64,000 nucleotides of DNA from Antedon mediterranea (GCF_964355755.1 NC_092671.1:10354001-10418000); one strand, 5' to 3'; positions 28,574 to 44,171 are shown, counted from the first letter of the stretch. Notes: a model not told the origin generated them from the letters alone. Numbers and translations are program-made.

Positions 28574-30260
28574 TGACCAAAATGGGATGCAGGCTGGGAT
28601 GTCCCATCAAAAGCGATTGAGTTCAGTGTAGGAGTCCCCTGGATCTAGCATGTGTGATGTATGACCAAAATGGGATGCAGACTGGGATGTCCCATCAAAA
28701 GCGATTGAGTTCAGTGTAGGAGTCCCCCGGATCTAGCATGTGTGATGTATGACCAAAATGGGATGCAGGCTGGGATGTCCCATCAAAAGCGATTGAGTTC
28801 AGTGTAGGAGTTCAGTGTAGGAGTCCCCCGGGTCTAGCATGTGTGATGTATGACCAAAATGGGATGCAGGCTGGGATGTCCCATCAAAAGCGATTGAGTT
28901 CAGTGTAGGAGTCCCCCGGATCTAGCATGTGTGATGTATGACCAAAATGGGATGCAGGCTGGGATGTCCCATCAAAAGCGATTGAGTTCAGTGTAGGAGT
29001 CCCCCGGATCTAGCATGTGTGATGTATGACCAAAATGGGATGCAGGCTGGGATGTCCCATCAAAAGCGATTGAGTTCAGTGTAGGAGTCCCCCGGGTCTA
29101 GCATGTGTGATGTATGACCAAAATGGGATGCAGGCTGGGATGTCCCATCAAAAGCGATTGAGTTCAGTGTAGGAGTCCCCCGGATCTAGCATGTGTGATG
29201 TATGACCAAAATGGGATGCAGGCTGGGATGTCCCATCAAAAGCGATTGAGTTCAGTGTAGGAGTCCCCTGGATCTAGCATGTGTGATGTATGACCAAAAT
29301 GGGATGCAGGCTGGGATGTCCCATCAAAAGCGATTGAGTTCAGTGTAGGAGTCCCCTGGATCTAGCATGTGTGATGTATGACCAAAATGGGATGCAGGCT
29401 GGGATGTCCCATCAAAAGCGATTGAGTTCAGTGTAGGAGTCCCCCGGGTCTAGCATGTGTGATGTATGACCAAAATGGGATCCAGGCTGGGATGTCCCAT
29501 CAAAAGCGATTGAGTTCAGTGTAGGAGTCCCCCGGGTCTAGCATGTTTGATGTATGACCAAAATGGGATGCAGGCTGGGATGTCCCATCAAAAGCGATTG
29601 AGTTCAGTGTAGGAGTCCCCCGGGTCTAGCATGTGTGATGTATGACCAAAATGGGATCCAGGCTGGGATGTCCCATCAAAAGCGATTGAGTTCAGTGTAG
29701 GAGTCCCCCGGGTCTAGCATGTGTGATGTATGACCAAAATGGGATGCAGGCTGGGATGTCCCATCAAAAGCGATTGAGTTCAGTGTAGGAGTCCCCCGGG
29801 TCTAGCATGTGTGATGTATGACCAAAATGGGATGCAGGCTGGGATGTCCCATTGAAAGCGATTGAGTTCAGTGTAGGAGTCCCCCGGATCTAGCATGTGT
29901 GATGTATGACCAAAATGGGATGCAGGCTGGGATGTCCCATCAAAAGCGATTGAGTTCACTGTTGGAGTCCCCCGGATCTAGCATGTGTGATGTATGACCA
30001 AAATGGGATGCAGGCTGGGATGTCCCATCAAAAGCGATTGAGTTCAGTGTAGGAGTCCCCCGGATCTAGCATGTGTGATGTATGACCAAAATGGGATGCA
30101 GGCTGGGATGTCCCATCAAAAGCGATTGAGTTTTCTGTTGGAGTCCCCCGGGTCTAGCATGTGTGATGTATGACCAAAATGGGATGCAGGCTGGGATGTC
30201 CCATCAAAAGCGATTGAGTTCAGTGTAGGAGTCCCCCGGGTCTAGCATGTGTGATGTATG
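28574..30260. repeat. Tandem array, 88-bp unit x19, highly homogeneous
   Basis: TGACCAAAATGGGATGCAGGCTGGGATGTCCCATCAAAAGCGATTGAGTTCAGTGTAGGAGTCCCCCGGATCTAGCATGTGTGATGTA; unit 3 carries a 13-bp internal duplication. Confidence 0.98.
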
Positions 30261-31134
30261 TTTTATTGTTTGTATTGTAAAATCTGGAATAAGTTTAATT
30301 AAATTGAATTACTGTAGGCCAAAGATAGGACATTAGGTTTAGCATGCCATTTTACATTTTCTATTTCAAAATCATGGATCCATCATGCAATATAATTGGA
30401 AATATCTTGCTTGTCCAAGAAAACTGCAAACATAAAGTCAGTCAACTTATATTAGTTTAATTAAAATATCAAAATCGTTTTATTAACAATTTACTATCTT
30501 TTCTAGTATGTATTTTGCGTACTATGATAAAAAGCATGTCACCATAAAGTAAGGCCTGATACAGTAGGGACCTATAAACAAATTAGCCATGTAATACACA
30601 TCTTAGCCATTATCTTTATTCCGTTCAACTACATTAACATAATTGTATCATTTGACGGAATGCAATGTGCTGGCTTCTACTGTAACAACTAATGAACTTA
30701 TTTGACCAGAAGCCAATTAATATATAAATTTGTGTTTTTTCAAAAAACAATATCTTTGTGAATACATCTTGATATCTACATCTACATAAATTTAGATGTG
30801 GGATCGCAACAGTCTCATTTGTTTAAATAAATAAAATAGACAAATTAGATGTATATTAGATTGCTACTGTAGATACCTTTTACTTCCTTTTCATATTTTA
30901 TTTTCTTGCCGATTAATTTGTTTATCACTTTTAACAATGAACAAAAAATACTACTTACACCACAGAATTATGATACGGAAATTATTATTTTTATACATGT
31001 AGCAATAATTATTATATATCACACGAATATAAAATTTAATACAAAAGTACATTGGCAGGTCATGTGAGGAAATGTCAATTTTCTTAGCATCTTAGCTTAC
31101 TTAGCATATTATGGATTTATAATAAATTGTTATT

Positions 31135-31372
31135 ATCAGTATAAGCATGCTAAAAATGGATGTGATAATTGATGATGCATACTGTATATATTTATTAATT
31201 TACCTGAATTTGTAATCTAAATTGTTACTATTTAAAACTTGCCCTCATTTTAAATTTTATATCAGATTAAAATGTTAATATCAGTATAAGCATGCTAAAA
31301 ATGGATGTGATAATTGATGATGCATACTGTATATATTTATTAATTTACCTGAATTTGTAATCTAAATTGTTA
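31135..31372. repeat. Near-perfect direct duplication of about 92 bp
   Basis: ATCAGTATAAGCATGCTAAAAATGGATGTG...TCTAAATTGTTA at 31135 and 31280. Confidence 0.92.
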
Positions 31373-32399
31373 ATCTTTCTTTTTCTTATTAATGAGTGCT
31401 GTAATCAATAAACTTAATAATTATTAATATTATAAAATAAAATAATTTCTAAAATGTACTACTTTAAATACTGTATGTTAATTTTAGACATGTATTAGCT
31501 CTTGTTTGCTAACATACAATACTCATTTCATGATTGTGTAGTATGACTGTGGTTTATTGTTGAGTACCTCTTGTAAGGTCTGAACATAAGATATTTTCAG
31601 CCAGTTTCCCTAATAAATAATAGACAAAACATCCTTTTACAATACTTATTTGTTTTTCCTTCCATATGTTTTTTACATGTTTTTTTTTTCTTGGTTTCAT
31701 TAAACAAACACACAAAAAAATCAAGATTTCCCTATGACGTTAGAACTTGTTTGTTTACTAGCAATTATGGAGAAAACTTCCTCAATGAAATGGAAGTACA
31801 GTAAGTAAACAAGATTGTTATATTTTTGTACATACGTGTGATAAATACCACAGATTAAAAGTGTGTCCAAGATGTTTACAGTATGGTGAAGTATTCTACC
31901 TCATTCCTTCACATTCAGCCCACGGAAAAAAGCTTCGTCTTGTTGACATAAACATGCACTTTTGATGCAGGTGTCTGATCGTATCATGTAGGCATATGAG
32001 AATGGGGTAACCCGTGGATAATCTGGGGTTACCTCCTACTCTCTCTTTTTTTATTCAGGTCATTAAAGTACACAGCTATCTACATTGTATACATTACAGC
32101 AATATATTAAAGTATTTTGTTATCATTTTAACTGTATATTGTGTATTATTCTTTACATAATTAATATATAATTATATATTAATATAATAATTATCCCAAA
32201 TTAATATGAAAGTAACATGACACATCAAAAGAGGACACAATCACAAGTCCTGTTCAAAACAGGAAGAACAAAAATCAATTTAGTGTTACAAGAAAAAAAA
32301 AGGAAAAGAGTTTGTCATCAATATAGGTCAGAAATACAATGCAATCTGGTCAATCATCACTTACTATACACCAGTTTATAAAACATACCAGTTTTCAGG

Positions 32400-32551
32400 G
32401 GCTTTGTCTACACTATCAAACTAGTGTGATATGCCCAAAAATAGTAGTGAAATGCCCAAATATGGTAGTGATGTGACATCATCATGTCCATACACTATAT
32501 CAGCACATCACATTTTTTTGTCACATCAAGTTTGACAGTGTAGACAGGACT
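32400..32551. mobile_element. Short MITE family A, copy 2
   Basis: GCTTTGTCTACACTATCAAA...TTTGACAGTGTAGACAG. Confidence 0.88.
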
Positions 32552-35500
32552 TAAGAAAACTGATGCAAACCATCAAAATGCAAACTTACAGTATATACAG
32601 TATAGTATAGTAATGTATTGAATGTGACGATAATTAATGATATGTACATGCACAGTGTCAACATGTACACAATATTCAGTGTTGGAATTTATTAATTAAA
32701 GTAAAGCATAATTGATGTGGACAAGTCGGGGAATGAATTAAGAATACTACTCACAAATAATTACACTCATGTCTTTTTAGCATGCTACTTATCACTGCTG
32801 TTTAGAATGGTTTTTAATTTGTTTTTCTATTCTACTCTAATAACCAATACTGTATATGGCGGAGAAAAAAACTAATATTTTCCAGCAGAAGATGTACTGT
32901 AATGCCGAAATCATAACAAATGATGTGGACTGCCGTTGACAATTATGACAAATATTAATTTCAATTATTTGTGTTAATATAACAAAAGAAGAATACTGTA
33001 TTTATTTTGGTAGTTGTTGTAAATTAAAATTCTATGTTCACAATCACATGGTTTGAAATAACATTATTAAAACATCAAACTATGGCCATCTATAGTATTA
33101 AAGTAACAAATATGTCTGTTGTCTTATAGCTTGGTGGTTAACCTACCTACTGTACAGTATGAAGGAATCGCAGTGTACAGTTAGTGGGTTCAAATAATTT
33201 AATTGGATTTAAAACATTGTTTGTTGTATTGTACAGTATGTTTATAAAAAAAGACACTGTACATAAGAAATTATATTATCCTATACAGTCCATTTTCTAA
33301 GAGTATAGAAAAATGATTTTAATGAATGAAGCCATTTTATGAAAACTTTATTATTCTCTTGTATTCATTTTTCGTCATATTTTTCGTACAGTATGTACAA
33401 AGTAGCAAAGAATTACCTAGCATATGCATAAAGCCTGGTGAGACTTTAGCCAGAACCCAGCATGGAACCACTGACCTGGCATACGGGTCAAGCCAGGTTA
33501 AACAAAATCTAAAGACTTTGTGGTTTAATATCAATATTTTCATTATTACCTCTTCACACATCTCGATAACCTATATTTTTTTAATGAATACAGTTTAGAT
33601 AGTTTAATATGATCTATGAGCACATGAGAATTTTAATTAAAAAATAACTCAAGAGGTGAACAAAAACAAATTACATTCAAGTTAGCAAACAGATGTCACC
33701 ATATGTCCTAGAGAACAACAACATCGCCATGGAAATAAGCAAAGGAGGGTTATTAGTTACGATAAACTATAATTACTTAAAATATTATATCATCCAATGT
33801 ATTTTCCTTTTTATTTATTTCAAGGTTATATAATTTATTGGAAATTAAGATATACTTAAAAAACCATAAATGGAAATTCATTTTCTGAGATTATAAAGGG
33901 CCTGTTTCTGTTGCATATCCACAAAATATGGTATACCATATTTTTTAGTACCCCGTTTCTTGGGTGGTCGTGTTAAAATTTAATCTTTTTTACCCAACCT
34001 GTCTTTGATCCCCAAAAATGGGGACAAGTTATTCCTTCCTTGCCCGCATTAGTATCTCTGCTTTCACAGTCTATGTTTTGTTATTAGGGATTTTAGATTT
34101 TTTACGTCGACATAGGTCGATTGCTACGCGATTACATCATTTTTATGATATCCACAAGCGAATAAACTTGTTTAAGTTGGTGTATCCAAGTACACACATG
34201 TCTCCACATCGTCAAAACGTAACATAGCGCATTCGCATCATCTTAGTTGTTAAATCTTTGAAAGTTCCAAAAATGCATATTAAAATGTTTTAGAGTGAGT
34301 AGCCAATCGAATATGGTTGAAACTAGTCAACTGGATAATCGTATGCACCATAAATTCGCGACTTTCCCTAGTCCGTAATTGTGAGTATTATATTACACGT
34401 ATGAAACGCCATATGTGCCAAAATATTTATCTTTACTAAAATCTGGTCTACAAAGTACCATTACAAATTATTTTATCATCATCTTTTTATTGTTATTCAT
34501 TCATTTTTTAAATATTAAAAATAATAGTGAGAAAGTGTAAATCAAATTTCAAAACATAATTTTCTTTAGAATGATTAAATCAATAGAGATGAATGATATA
34601 TTTTATATTGAAGCATAATTACAAAGTAGTAATATTGACAACTGTGCGTATGACTACTCAATTTATTAAATTAAAGTGAATGCAGCAATAACTGCCAATT
34701 TTGTAGTTGGGTAATAATATTTAAATACAGTTTAATTTGCAAATTGCACCTTGCACAGACTATAACATACATTGATAGGCTAATAGCAGCTGGACAGAAT
34801 ACTGTATTACATTAATGTTTATACATTACTAATGTATGTGATATTTCTTCAATTATGATTGCGATTGGCAAACAAAATTAAGATTTTTGTTTTTCATACA
34901 GTAATTAAAGACCGGCCAAACAGGATTGTAGATATGTTTTGAAATATATTTTATTGCTTCAATTATACAAACCAACAGAGAATTTGGTACAGTAGTCTAT
35001 GAGTGCCACTTACCTTGATGAACCGACATTAGACCTTTTTGAAAAAGGATATAGTACAAGTAAAAAAAAAAGACATTCCTTTTAGCACCCCTATCTTTAT
35101 TATGGTATCATCCATGAACCAATCCATCAAGTGGAAGTCATAATCCGACTGAAGTTCTCATAGGAATTTATTCTTTTCAAAATATATTTGTATCCTCCTC
35201 TTCAAAGAGAGATGGCTATTGTTGGTTTATCTAGGTAAGATAGGCACGAGATAGACATAAAGAGTAATTTTTATATCAAAATCTAGAAGACTTAATTATT
35301 ATTAAATTAACGTCAATTAAGAATATAATAATACTTACAGTTCAGTCATACAGTAATAGCCAGTTGCATTTAGTGATTGAAAATTATTCCATATAATTAT
35401 TTATATTAGATTAACTGAATAGAAATAATAAAAACCGAATCCGACAAAATAGGTAGAATGACTGTATTGAGATTATTTCATAAATTTCATTTATAATACA

Positions 35501-36132
35501 AGGTAATTGGAAAGTGTTAATTTGTAAAGAAGAGTGTTACAATATGAAGGCTTTATGTCAATAATTTTAACATTTTATGTAATTGAACAAGAGAAGGCTA
35601 CTGTATGTAGCTATGTTTAAACAGCTGCACCATCGCTTCTGGTTCACATTTACTTTTAGAAGCGGCGTCGCGATTCCTTTCTAATATCTAACAATGCCTT
35701 TTTCTATGTTGTTCTGTACATAGATGATGGTTTACCATATTGTACAAGCCCCATCTGGAATATCTGTATACAGTAGAGTTGGCCCCTCTTCTTTAAAACA
35801 AACCTATCCATAGAGATCCAGGGAATACAGTAGCTTGTTGGTACAGTACATTACAGTATGTTTCCATCACCATACTTTTTTAGCTACTGTACATTTGTAT
35901 AGCATATTTTTCAATTGAACATCTTCTTTTAAATATACAGTATATATAATTATTTTTTTATTTATAATTTAATTATATAAACTATATGCCTAATATAATT
36001 AAGAATTTTTTTTTATTATAACGTAAAGTTAATTATCATCTACAGTACTGTACTATATGTTATTTACTGTACAGTGTATATACTTAAAAGTAGTCATTGT
36101 TTGTAGGTACACACATTAGTGACAGTGGCTTA

Positions 36133-36287
36133 AGCCTTGTCTACGCTATCAAACTTTATGTGACAACAAAATGTGACATGCCCATATATGGACATGATGA
36201 TGTCATTACCATATTTAAACATATCACTACCATATTTGGGTACATCACACTTTTTTGTCACATCAATTTTTATAGTCTAGACAGATT
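36133..36287. mobile_element. Short MITE family A, copy 3 (opposite orientation)
   Basis: AGCCTTGTCTACGCTATCAAA...TATAGTCTAGACAGA; internal ATCACTACCATATTTGGG. Confidence 0.85.
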
Positions 36288-36629
36288 ACTTTCTTAATGT
36301 TAATCTTGGTGTTCACTCTTTTGTATGATTTGGATTTCACAAATTTTAAAATTGCTAATTTATTTTACTGTAATTTAATATTAATGTAGATTGTGTAAAT
36401 TAAGATTTTCAGTTTTTAGTTAAATTCTTATTAATAATGTAATTAATATCTTTAGTATTAAGTTTAATTATTTAAGTAAAAATAGACTTATGCTCTGTTC
36501 ATTTTGATGTTTATTCTTTTGTAAATTTGGCTTTTACAATCTATTGTAAAATTCCAATTCATTCTAGTTTAAGTGTAAATTAAGATAAACTGTTGTTGTT
36601 AATTGTTTAATTGCTAAATTTGTATAATG

Positions 36630-36712
36630 TCTTAAGGCCTTGTCGAAAAACACCATTGAGGTGAACAAGTGTTACCGTGATTAAATAAAGTTTTTATTAT
36701 TATTATTATAAT
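36630..36712 (+). mobile_element. Probable LINE (CR1/L2-group) 3' tail remnant
   Basis: Stem-loop-like CTTGTCGAAAAACACCATTGAGGTGAACAAG followed by AATAAAG and (TTA)n, preceded by a T-rich tract. Confidence 0.45.
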
Positions 36713-39700
36713 TTAGGCTGCTTTTGTGCTTTCCTGGCAGCTACAGTAGTGACTATGATAAATTTTCTCCTTGCGTCGTGTTTGTTTCCTTTGTTGATTT
36801 GTATTATATTTTGTAAAATGTATCTTTTGCCTGAATAAATAATAATCTTCCATAATATTGGCCTTTTCAACAATCTTACCTGTATTATAAATACACAAAC
36901 ATTTACTATACTACAACTACACTACACTGCTATTCTGTAATCATTCTTCCACTGTGATGTGACACAACATTTTAAATGTACAATATGAATATTCTAAAAC
37001 AAAAATGATGATTAATTTATTCAAAATAAATATGATATTAAAGCTTTGAATAATAAGAAATCAATCATAAAAAAAAGATTAATTATTATAATATGAATAC
37101 ATGGTAAGTAGATAAGAATAATTAATAGGAACAATCATATAATGATAATGAGTTTACTGTACTGTAGCTAAAAAATAAATTAATAATATATATTTTCAAA
37201 AAATATATAATAAATTGTTGTATTGAACTAATGTACTGATAGTTTCTTAAGTATTGAGTAAAAATGGAAACATTAATTGAATTTTTATAAATCTACATTT
37301 TAAATTAAAATAAGCTAAATCTTCTGCAGTTTGTTTTTTAAATTGAAATTAATCACATTTTTAAACCAAATGTTCCAAACAAGGTATTAATATTACTACC
37401 AACACAATTTAATTTATGTTATATATACACAATCTTGGTACAGTATATGATTATTAAGCTAGTCAGTTTTTGTAAGATTATTCAATACATACATTTCAAT
37501 GTTATAGCATCGCACAACAACATTTAGATGAATGCAACCTTTCTAACATATATTAAGCTGACAGAAACAAATCCATCTTCCCACAAACCACGGTAATATG
37601 AAATACGTCCGGAAGTATCCTTATCCGCATCATATTATACAACTGCTTCGGGATATAACTTTAAAAACCATTGCATAGTCACATAAATTTATCGGTTTTA
37701 TGCAGAATGGTTCACCCGCTGACGATAATTATGAAAAGATTTCTTTCTTTGATGTTCGATGTTGATATCTGTAGAGCAGTCGCTTTGTGATACTCAATGA
37801 CGTCAACATGATTCGCTTTTTAATGGATGATAAGCCAAATATCTATGCAATTTCATTTACAATCCATTCAAGATAATAATACAATTTTAATTACACTTAT
37901 TTAAATTGAATTGTTTACTTTTTTTTAAATAAATCATTTAAAATTAAATTTATTTGAAATATTCAATCTTAAAATTTGCTTTAACATTAAATTAATGTTT
38001 TGTTCATGTCATTAATAATGTGCTGGTATACCAGATGTTACATACAGATTAAGATATTTAAAATAATGTCTAGTAATCATAAGCAAATTCTATATATAGT
38101 GTCACATACTGTATGTATCACATGTTGAGGTTAGGTTTACTGTACATTACTGTATGAAAGAGGCATCACATGTGATAGATATGTTACACTGTACTGTATA
38201 CATTATTTGCCTGATACTGTACTATAGGTCTATTGAAGATATTTGATACTTTACAGTACCTGCTTATTTTTTTTCAAATACAGTAATTTTAAATTACAAA
38301 TTTAAAATTAAAACGATAAAAAAGACCTAAAACTCCCTTAGAATTTTATTTTTGTTTAGCGGTATTACAATGCGAGAATTGTGGAATACATTTTCAGACA
38401 TAAAATAAAAAACATAAGTAAAAAGATAGCTAGTACATTTTATAGCTCATTACAATTCCTGTATGAGGAAGAATACATAAAAACGTTGCTCATAATGAGT
38501 TTTACAAGGCTACAATTGCCTGAAAACGCTACCGTACCCAACTCTAATAATTATCACCTTCGTTTGAAGAAAATCCAGCAGAAACAAACATACTGTACTG
38601 TTCAGTAAACAGAATTAATAACTTAAATATCATGAAATGTTTTACATCTGTAATCAATAATAAACAAATGTACAAAAAGAATGATATAAAATGAATAATA
38701 CAAATGTATTACTCTAAGAACCATACTAATAATCAGTCAGCGTTATTTGGTTTTAAGTGCATATATTTGACTTAAAATATCCATATCTTCATAATTCATG
38801 ATAATTCCAATAACGACTTGATATTTTCAATCAGGACATGTAGTTAGTAGATATAATGTATCTCCATTGAGAGGTGATGCCGCTATTGGAAATAAAAGCT
38901 TACATTACCGATCTTAATAAAAAATATATACAAGTTCTAGTGCAAGTTCAAAGGAGAGTTTGAAGTATATTGCAGTAAAGTAATTCTTATCAAGTACCGT
39001 AGGCGTAAACTGATAAAAAAAAATACATTAACTTGCAAATAATGTTGTTAATATATTTCCTTTACATGTACAACTGATGGAATACATACTGTATATTATG
39101 GTTTAACAGTATGATACTTGCACTGAATGTAAAATGTACATATTGTTCAAATCTCAAATCTCTCAATAAAATTTTTTAACAAAACTGAACACTCTTTGTT
39201 ATAACTCTACATTTTCAGTGTTATTATTATATATTTTTTTTACTTTAAACATTTTCAAATTATGTTTTAACTACAGTTATTGCTGCATAATTCTCAATTA
39301 CTGTAAATGTATCTTTTATTCAGTAAATGTATACACAAAACAACTTTACAATAAATTCCATAACAATTGGTTCTATACAATCTTAATGCATTTATTTATT
39401 AAAGTATTATTATAAAATTGTATAATAATATTTTTTAATTGTTCAATACGGTATATTTAAGTAGGTATAAATATTAGGAATATATATTTTGTTATTTCCT
39501 ACTCTGAGTAGCTTTTTACTGTGTAGTAAAGCTGTATCTGACAATTTTTGTTTCAATTAGACCACAAATAGTAAATTTGTGAAATTTAACCACAAAAAAT
39601 ACTTCATATAATTTAGATTACTATACTATAAATTCATTGAAAAGCCAAAGTTTGTTTAGTAAAAATAATTAAATTATAATTATAATTAATACATTATGTA

Positions 39701-39810
39701 TTGTAATATAAAATATGAAAATGTTTACTCAGGAAGTTCGATCTTTAAAAAAAAAAAGAAGCCAATAAACAGCATTTTAACCAATTATAGTTGAAGTTGG
39801 TTTTAAACAT

Positions 39811-40401
39811 TACAGTATTACTACAGTACTACTACAGTATTACTACAGTATTACTACAGTATTACTACAGTATATTACTACAGTATATTACTACAGTATT
39901 ACTACAGTATTACTACAGTATTACTACAGTATTACTACAGTATTACTACAGTATTACTACAGTATTACTACAGTATTACTACAGTATTACTACAGTATTA
40001 CTACAGTATTACTACAGTATTACTACAGTATTACTACAGTATTACTACAGAATTACTACAGTATTACTACAGTATTACTACAGTATTACTACAGTGTTAC
40101 TACAGTGTTACTACAGTATTACTACAGTATTACTACAGTATTACTACAGTATTATACTATTACTACAGTATTACTACAGTATTACTACAGTATTACTACA
40201 GTATTACTACAGTATTACTGCAGTATTACTACAGTATTACTACAGTATTACTACAGTATTACTACAGTATTACTACAGTATTACTACAGTATTACTACAG
40301 TATTACTACAGTATTACTACAGTATTACTACAGTATTACTACAGTATTACTACAGTATTACTACAGTATTACTACAGTATTACTACAGTATTACTACAGT
40401 A
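39811..40401. repeat. 11-bp tandem repeat (CAGTATTACTA)n, about 53 copies
   Basis: Directly visible; explains the spurious 220-aa and 100-aa ORFs. Confidence 0.98.
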
Positions 40402-41396
40402 TTTTAATGTTTTTATCAGTATTGTAGGCCTACAGTATCATACAGTCCAGTAGAACCCCAGAGGACACCTTAATAATGGACAATTTTCAAAATCAAAACA
40501 AGAAGAAAAACAGTTCCTATTCAAGGGACACCTCTATCAAAGGGACACATGGTTTGGTCCCATAATTTTCTTTATAATAGATTTTTTATATAAATTTGAC
40601 ATTTGACATCAATCAACTCCAATTGTTTGAAAATTTAGCTACATTTTTATATTTGTTTTATAGGCCTACACTTATTATGTCAGTAGAATATACTAAAACA
40701 TTCCTACAGTGATTATACAGTACATTACAGTGATAAATTTATAATTATATAACACTGAATATTCCCCAACTCTTAAGGTGTTTAAAACAACAGACGACAA
40801 CATAAAATTTACACAATAAATAGTAAAAATACTGTACTGTACATACAGAAAGCATCATCAGACAAATAAATTACTTTTAAACATATATCTGTTTTATATG
40901 ACCCAGAGCTCTGTGTGATTGCATGATATGTGTAAAGTTGTGTCTTGAGGCAATATGCAAGTGTTTGCATTATAATGCCTTCAAATTAGTGTAACATGGC
41001 AGTTGGAAATGAATACATAAGTTAGAATTTTGTTTAATATTGAGGTAGAAATAGAGTAGTTATAAGTCGGTATTACTGAGATAAATGGAAGATGATGAGA
41101 CAACGATACGATTGGAAATGAGATGATGTCTTGAATGTAACATATGAGATGAGCCAATAATTTTGTCTGCAAATATTTGCAACGAAATACCTTCTCCAAT
41201 AAGATACCTTGCAATCAACAATTAAAATTTGAGTGTGTGGTGATGTTTGCAAATAGTTTTAAAAACATAATTAAATTTGATTTGATTAAAAGTTTGATTT
41301 TATCACCTTTATATAGACATAAATTCGTTCATAACATAAATAACTGAGGTGTTGAATGAGTCCCTTCATACTGTAGGGGTTCTATTGTTAGTTTCA

Positions 41397-41940
41397 AGAT
41401 GTATTGTCCCTTGAAACACAAAAAATGAAAAAAAAAATATTCTAAATTTAAATTGGCCATATCAAAGTAATATTAAAGTTATTCACTTTAAGTCGAAAAT
41501 TCGAGTCAAAAACAACAAGTTTACGTAATTAACAGGTAAATTAATTTGATTACATTTTGTCTGGAAAATTGTCACGTGTGAAAGTAAACAAAGATGTGAA
41601 ACCATTAGTATGCATTATGCATGATGCTAATTAGGATTGTTTACAACTCGTCGCAGTTGAGAAGGTGTTTTCACTCAGATCGCAAAGAAGTTTTATAATT
41701 ATGCATACAGAGTACCCAAACAAGCACGTTGCATTATGAGATATGTTTTGATCGAAAACTTTGACTGGAAGTCAAAGTTATTTTTTGAACAAAAAAACGT
41801 CTGTATTTCGGTTAAATTATTTTTTTTTTCGACTCATTTTTGGTGAACGTTAATAACTAATGATACTTCAAAATTACATACTTTTTTTCAAAATATAAAA
41901 AAAATATTTTTTTTTAATTAGTCAAAGGGACAATACATCT
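41397..41940. mobile_element. Non-autonomous DNA transposon, Kolobok-like (TTAA target)
   Basis: TIR AGATGTATTGTCCCTT / AAGGGACAATACATCT, flanked by TTCA and TTAA. Confidence 0.8.
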
Positions 41941-44171
41941 TTAACTATTTAAATACAGTAGTTATTATTTTTGTATATCTGTGTATTAAGCAACCAAGAG
42001 TTAAATACGAATAATATGTTTAATCCATAGTAAGATTTGCAGTATTAGTATTATTATTATTATCATTAAAAATAAATTACAAAAGATCATTACTTCGAGA
42101 GAAAAGAATAAAACAATTCAACAACACACTTTACTAGTTAGAACAAATACTGTACTGTATGTTGTTACAACTGTATCTGTAACAATTTCAATAATGTATT
42201 AAGTACAATATACTGTGACGTACCTGCTAAAAATTCCATAATTCATTATCAGTATTAATTGGTCCGTGCCTCATTATTAATTATTTTGATAGCATTTAAT
42301 TGAAAAAGATTTACAGTGAAGCGGGAGACGCATGCAACCGCATGGAAATGAAAACAACTTAACTCATCCAGCGATGATAATATGATCAATAATTAACTTT
42401 AACATGCATTTAAACCAAGACTACACATTGTTTAATACCATGTTAATTTATATTATACATTATCACTTTTGGCAGAAGTATACAGTACAGTTACCGGTAT
42501 AGAAACACAGTACTATGTTGTTATTATACTGTAGTACATTATCTTATTTTACTTTTAAATCAAATCTGAGTTAATTATATTATTTATATTATGAATCCAA
42601 AATTTATCCTACAGTAACGATTGGTTGAAAAAGTATTTATATTAATGTATTATCTAATTCAGAATGTTTGACAACTCTATCATTTAGTTATTTGAAATGA
42701 CAAGATTTTTCAAAACTAATCAATTGAAAATAATTTCCCAACTACAAAATTTTCTCCAAAATACAATTCAATGATTGTGGTATTTATGCAAGATTACTTT
42801 AAAACATATTATGTTTAAACAAATTCAGTATCCACTCGGTACAAAGATGGCGGTCTACAGTGACTAATATGCAATTTGGTCAGTGTGAATCTGTAATTTA
42901 TAAACAATAAATATTTTGCCTAAAATTTTGAATTTCTATCTGGGATACCATTTTCCTGTCCATACAGTAGTTGTACAGTACCTCAAGTATTTGTATATTA
43001 CTGTCAATGTTCAACGTTATTTGAATAAATATTTGAATGAGAGCAGGAAGCAGTATCTGTATATTTTCTGCAAATTATACAATTTTACTTGATTGCTTGA
43101 AAACTAAGAATTTGATGCTTTCATCTATTTAAACTACAGTACTTAATTAAAGATATCTATATTATTATAGCAGACAAACTGAACTGCAGATAGTCCTTCC
43201 ATATTGGCAAATTACTGTAGCGTACATCTTCACACAGTGAAACCTACTGTACTGTGCAGATTCTAAAATAGGAAGGGGCTTGTCTTATCTTTTGCATTGT
43301 AATGCCTAGACCAGCTAAAAAGTTACTATCAGTCACTACTGTATACAAAAGGATTTTGCAACCTTATAAAGTACACTGTTTGTATATGAGCAAAAAGAAC
43401 GTGGGTAATGTTTAGAGGTCTATTCAGAGGACCAAAATGACAATGAAGTGCATAACAATTCTGAAGGAGGTAGGCTTTACAGTATTGTGGAAAATGCTTC
43501 AAATGAAACAGTTAGGGCTAGGGATTTTTATTTTACATACATATTCAAACAATCTAATATTTTTAAATACAGTTTGCTTAGAATATCAGAAATAAATTTT
43601 CATTATGAATTATAAATATGTAATAAATATTGAGAGTTAGAGATCAATAATTTGAAAGCCGCGACTTTAAAAAATAATGTATTACAGTTATGTAGTATTA
43701 ACGCAGAAGGTGTAAATATGGGATATTGATGTGACGTTTGGGATAACCATAAGCAAAATTTACTAAAGCATAACCAAAATATTTCTACGCTATTCTACAT
43801 TAGTATTTTGAAATGTTTACTTTTACAGATATACATACTGTAGAAACAAAATTATTGTTATTTTTATTTAGCTTTTACAAAAAAAAAAATCAGAATTGAA
43901 ATATTTATAGCAAAAAGACTTAAATACAATAAATAAAACTTACTGAATATTAGATTTGTTTTATTAGAAAATATTGCACGTTAATATACAGTTAACAAAA
44001 ATATATATTTATTATACGTACAGTACAGTATATTCAGTTTTCAAGGTTAGTTAACACAATTAAATGAGTAAAAGCATAAACAAATGGTTTAGAATATTAA
44101 AGAATAAAACTTATATATACACTGTACACATTTAATATTGTATTAAGATTAATATAATTGTTACTGTTATA

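Noticed and set aside
28574-30260. Possible CRISPR-like array
   Set aside because: Head-to-tail identical units with no unique spacers, no cas genes, eukaryotic context
37671-37693. 13-nt match to miR-153 (TTGCATAGTCACA)
   Set aside because: 3' half diverges and there is no complementary 5' arm upstream as required for the miR-153 hairpin
39791-40453. 220-aa and 100-aa ORFs (ITTVLLQYYYS)n
   Set aside because: Artefact of the stop-free 11-bp tandem repeat
41041-41061. let-7-like TGAGGTAG start (and partial miR-124-like match at ~11288)
   Set aside because: Only short matches, with no precursor hairpin
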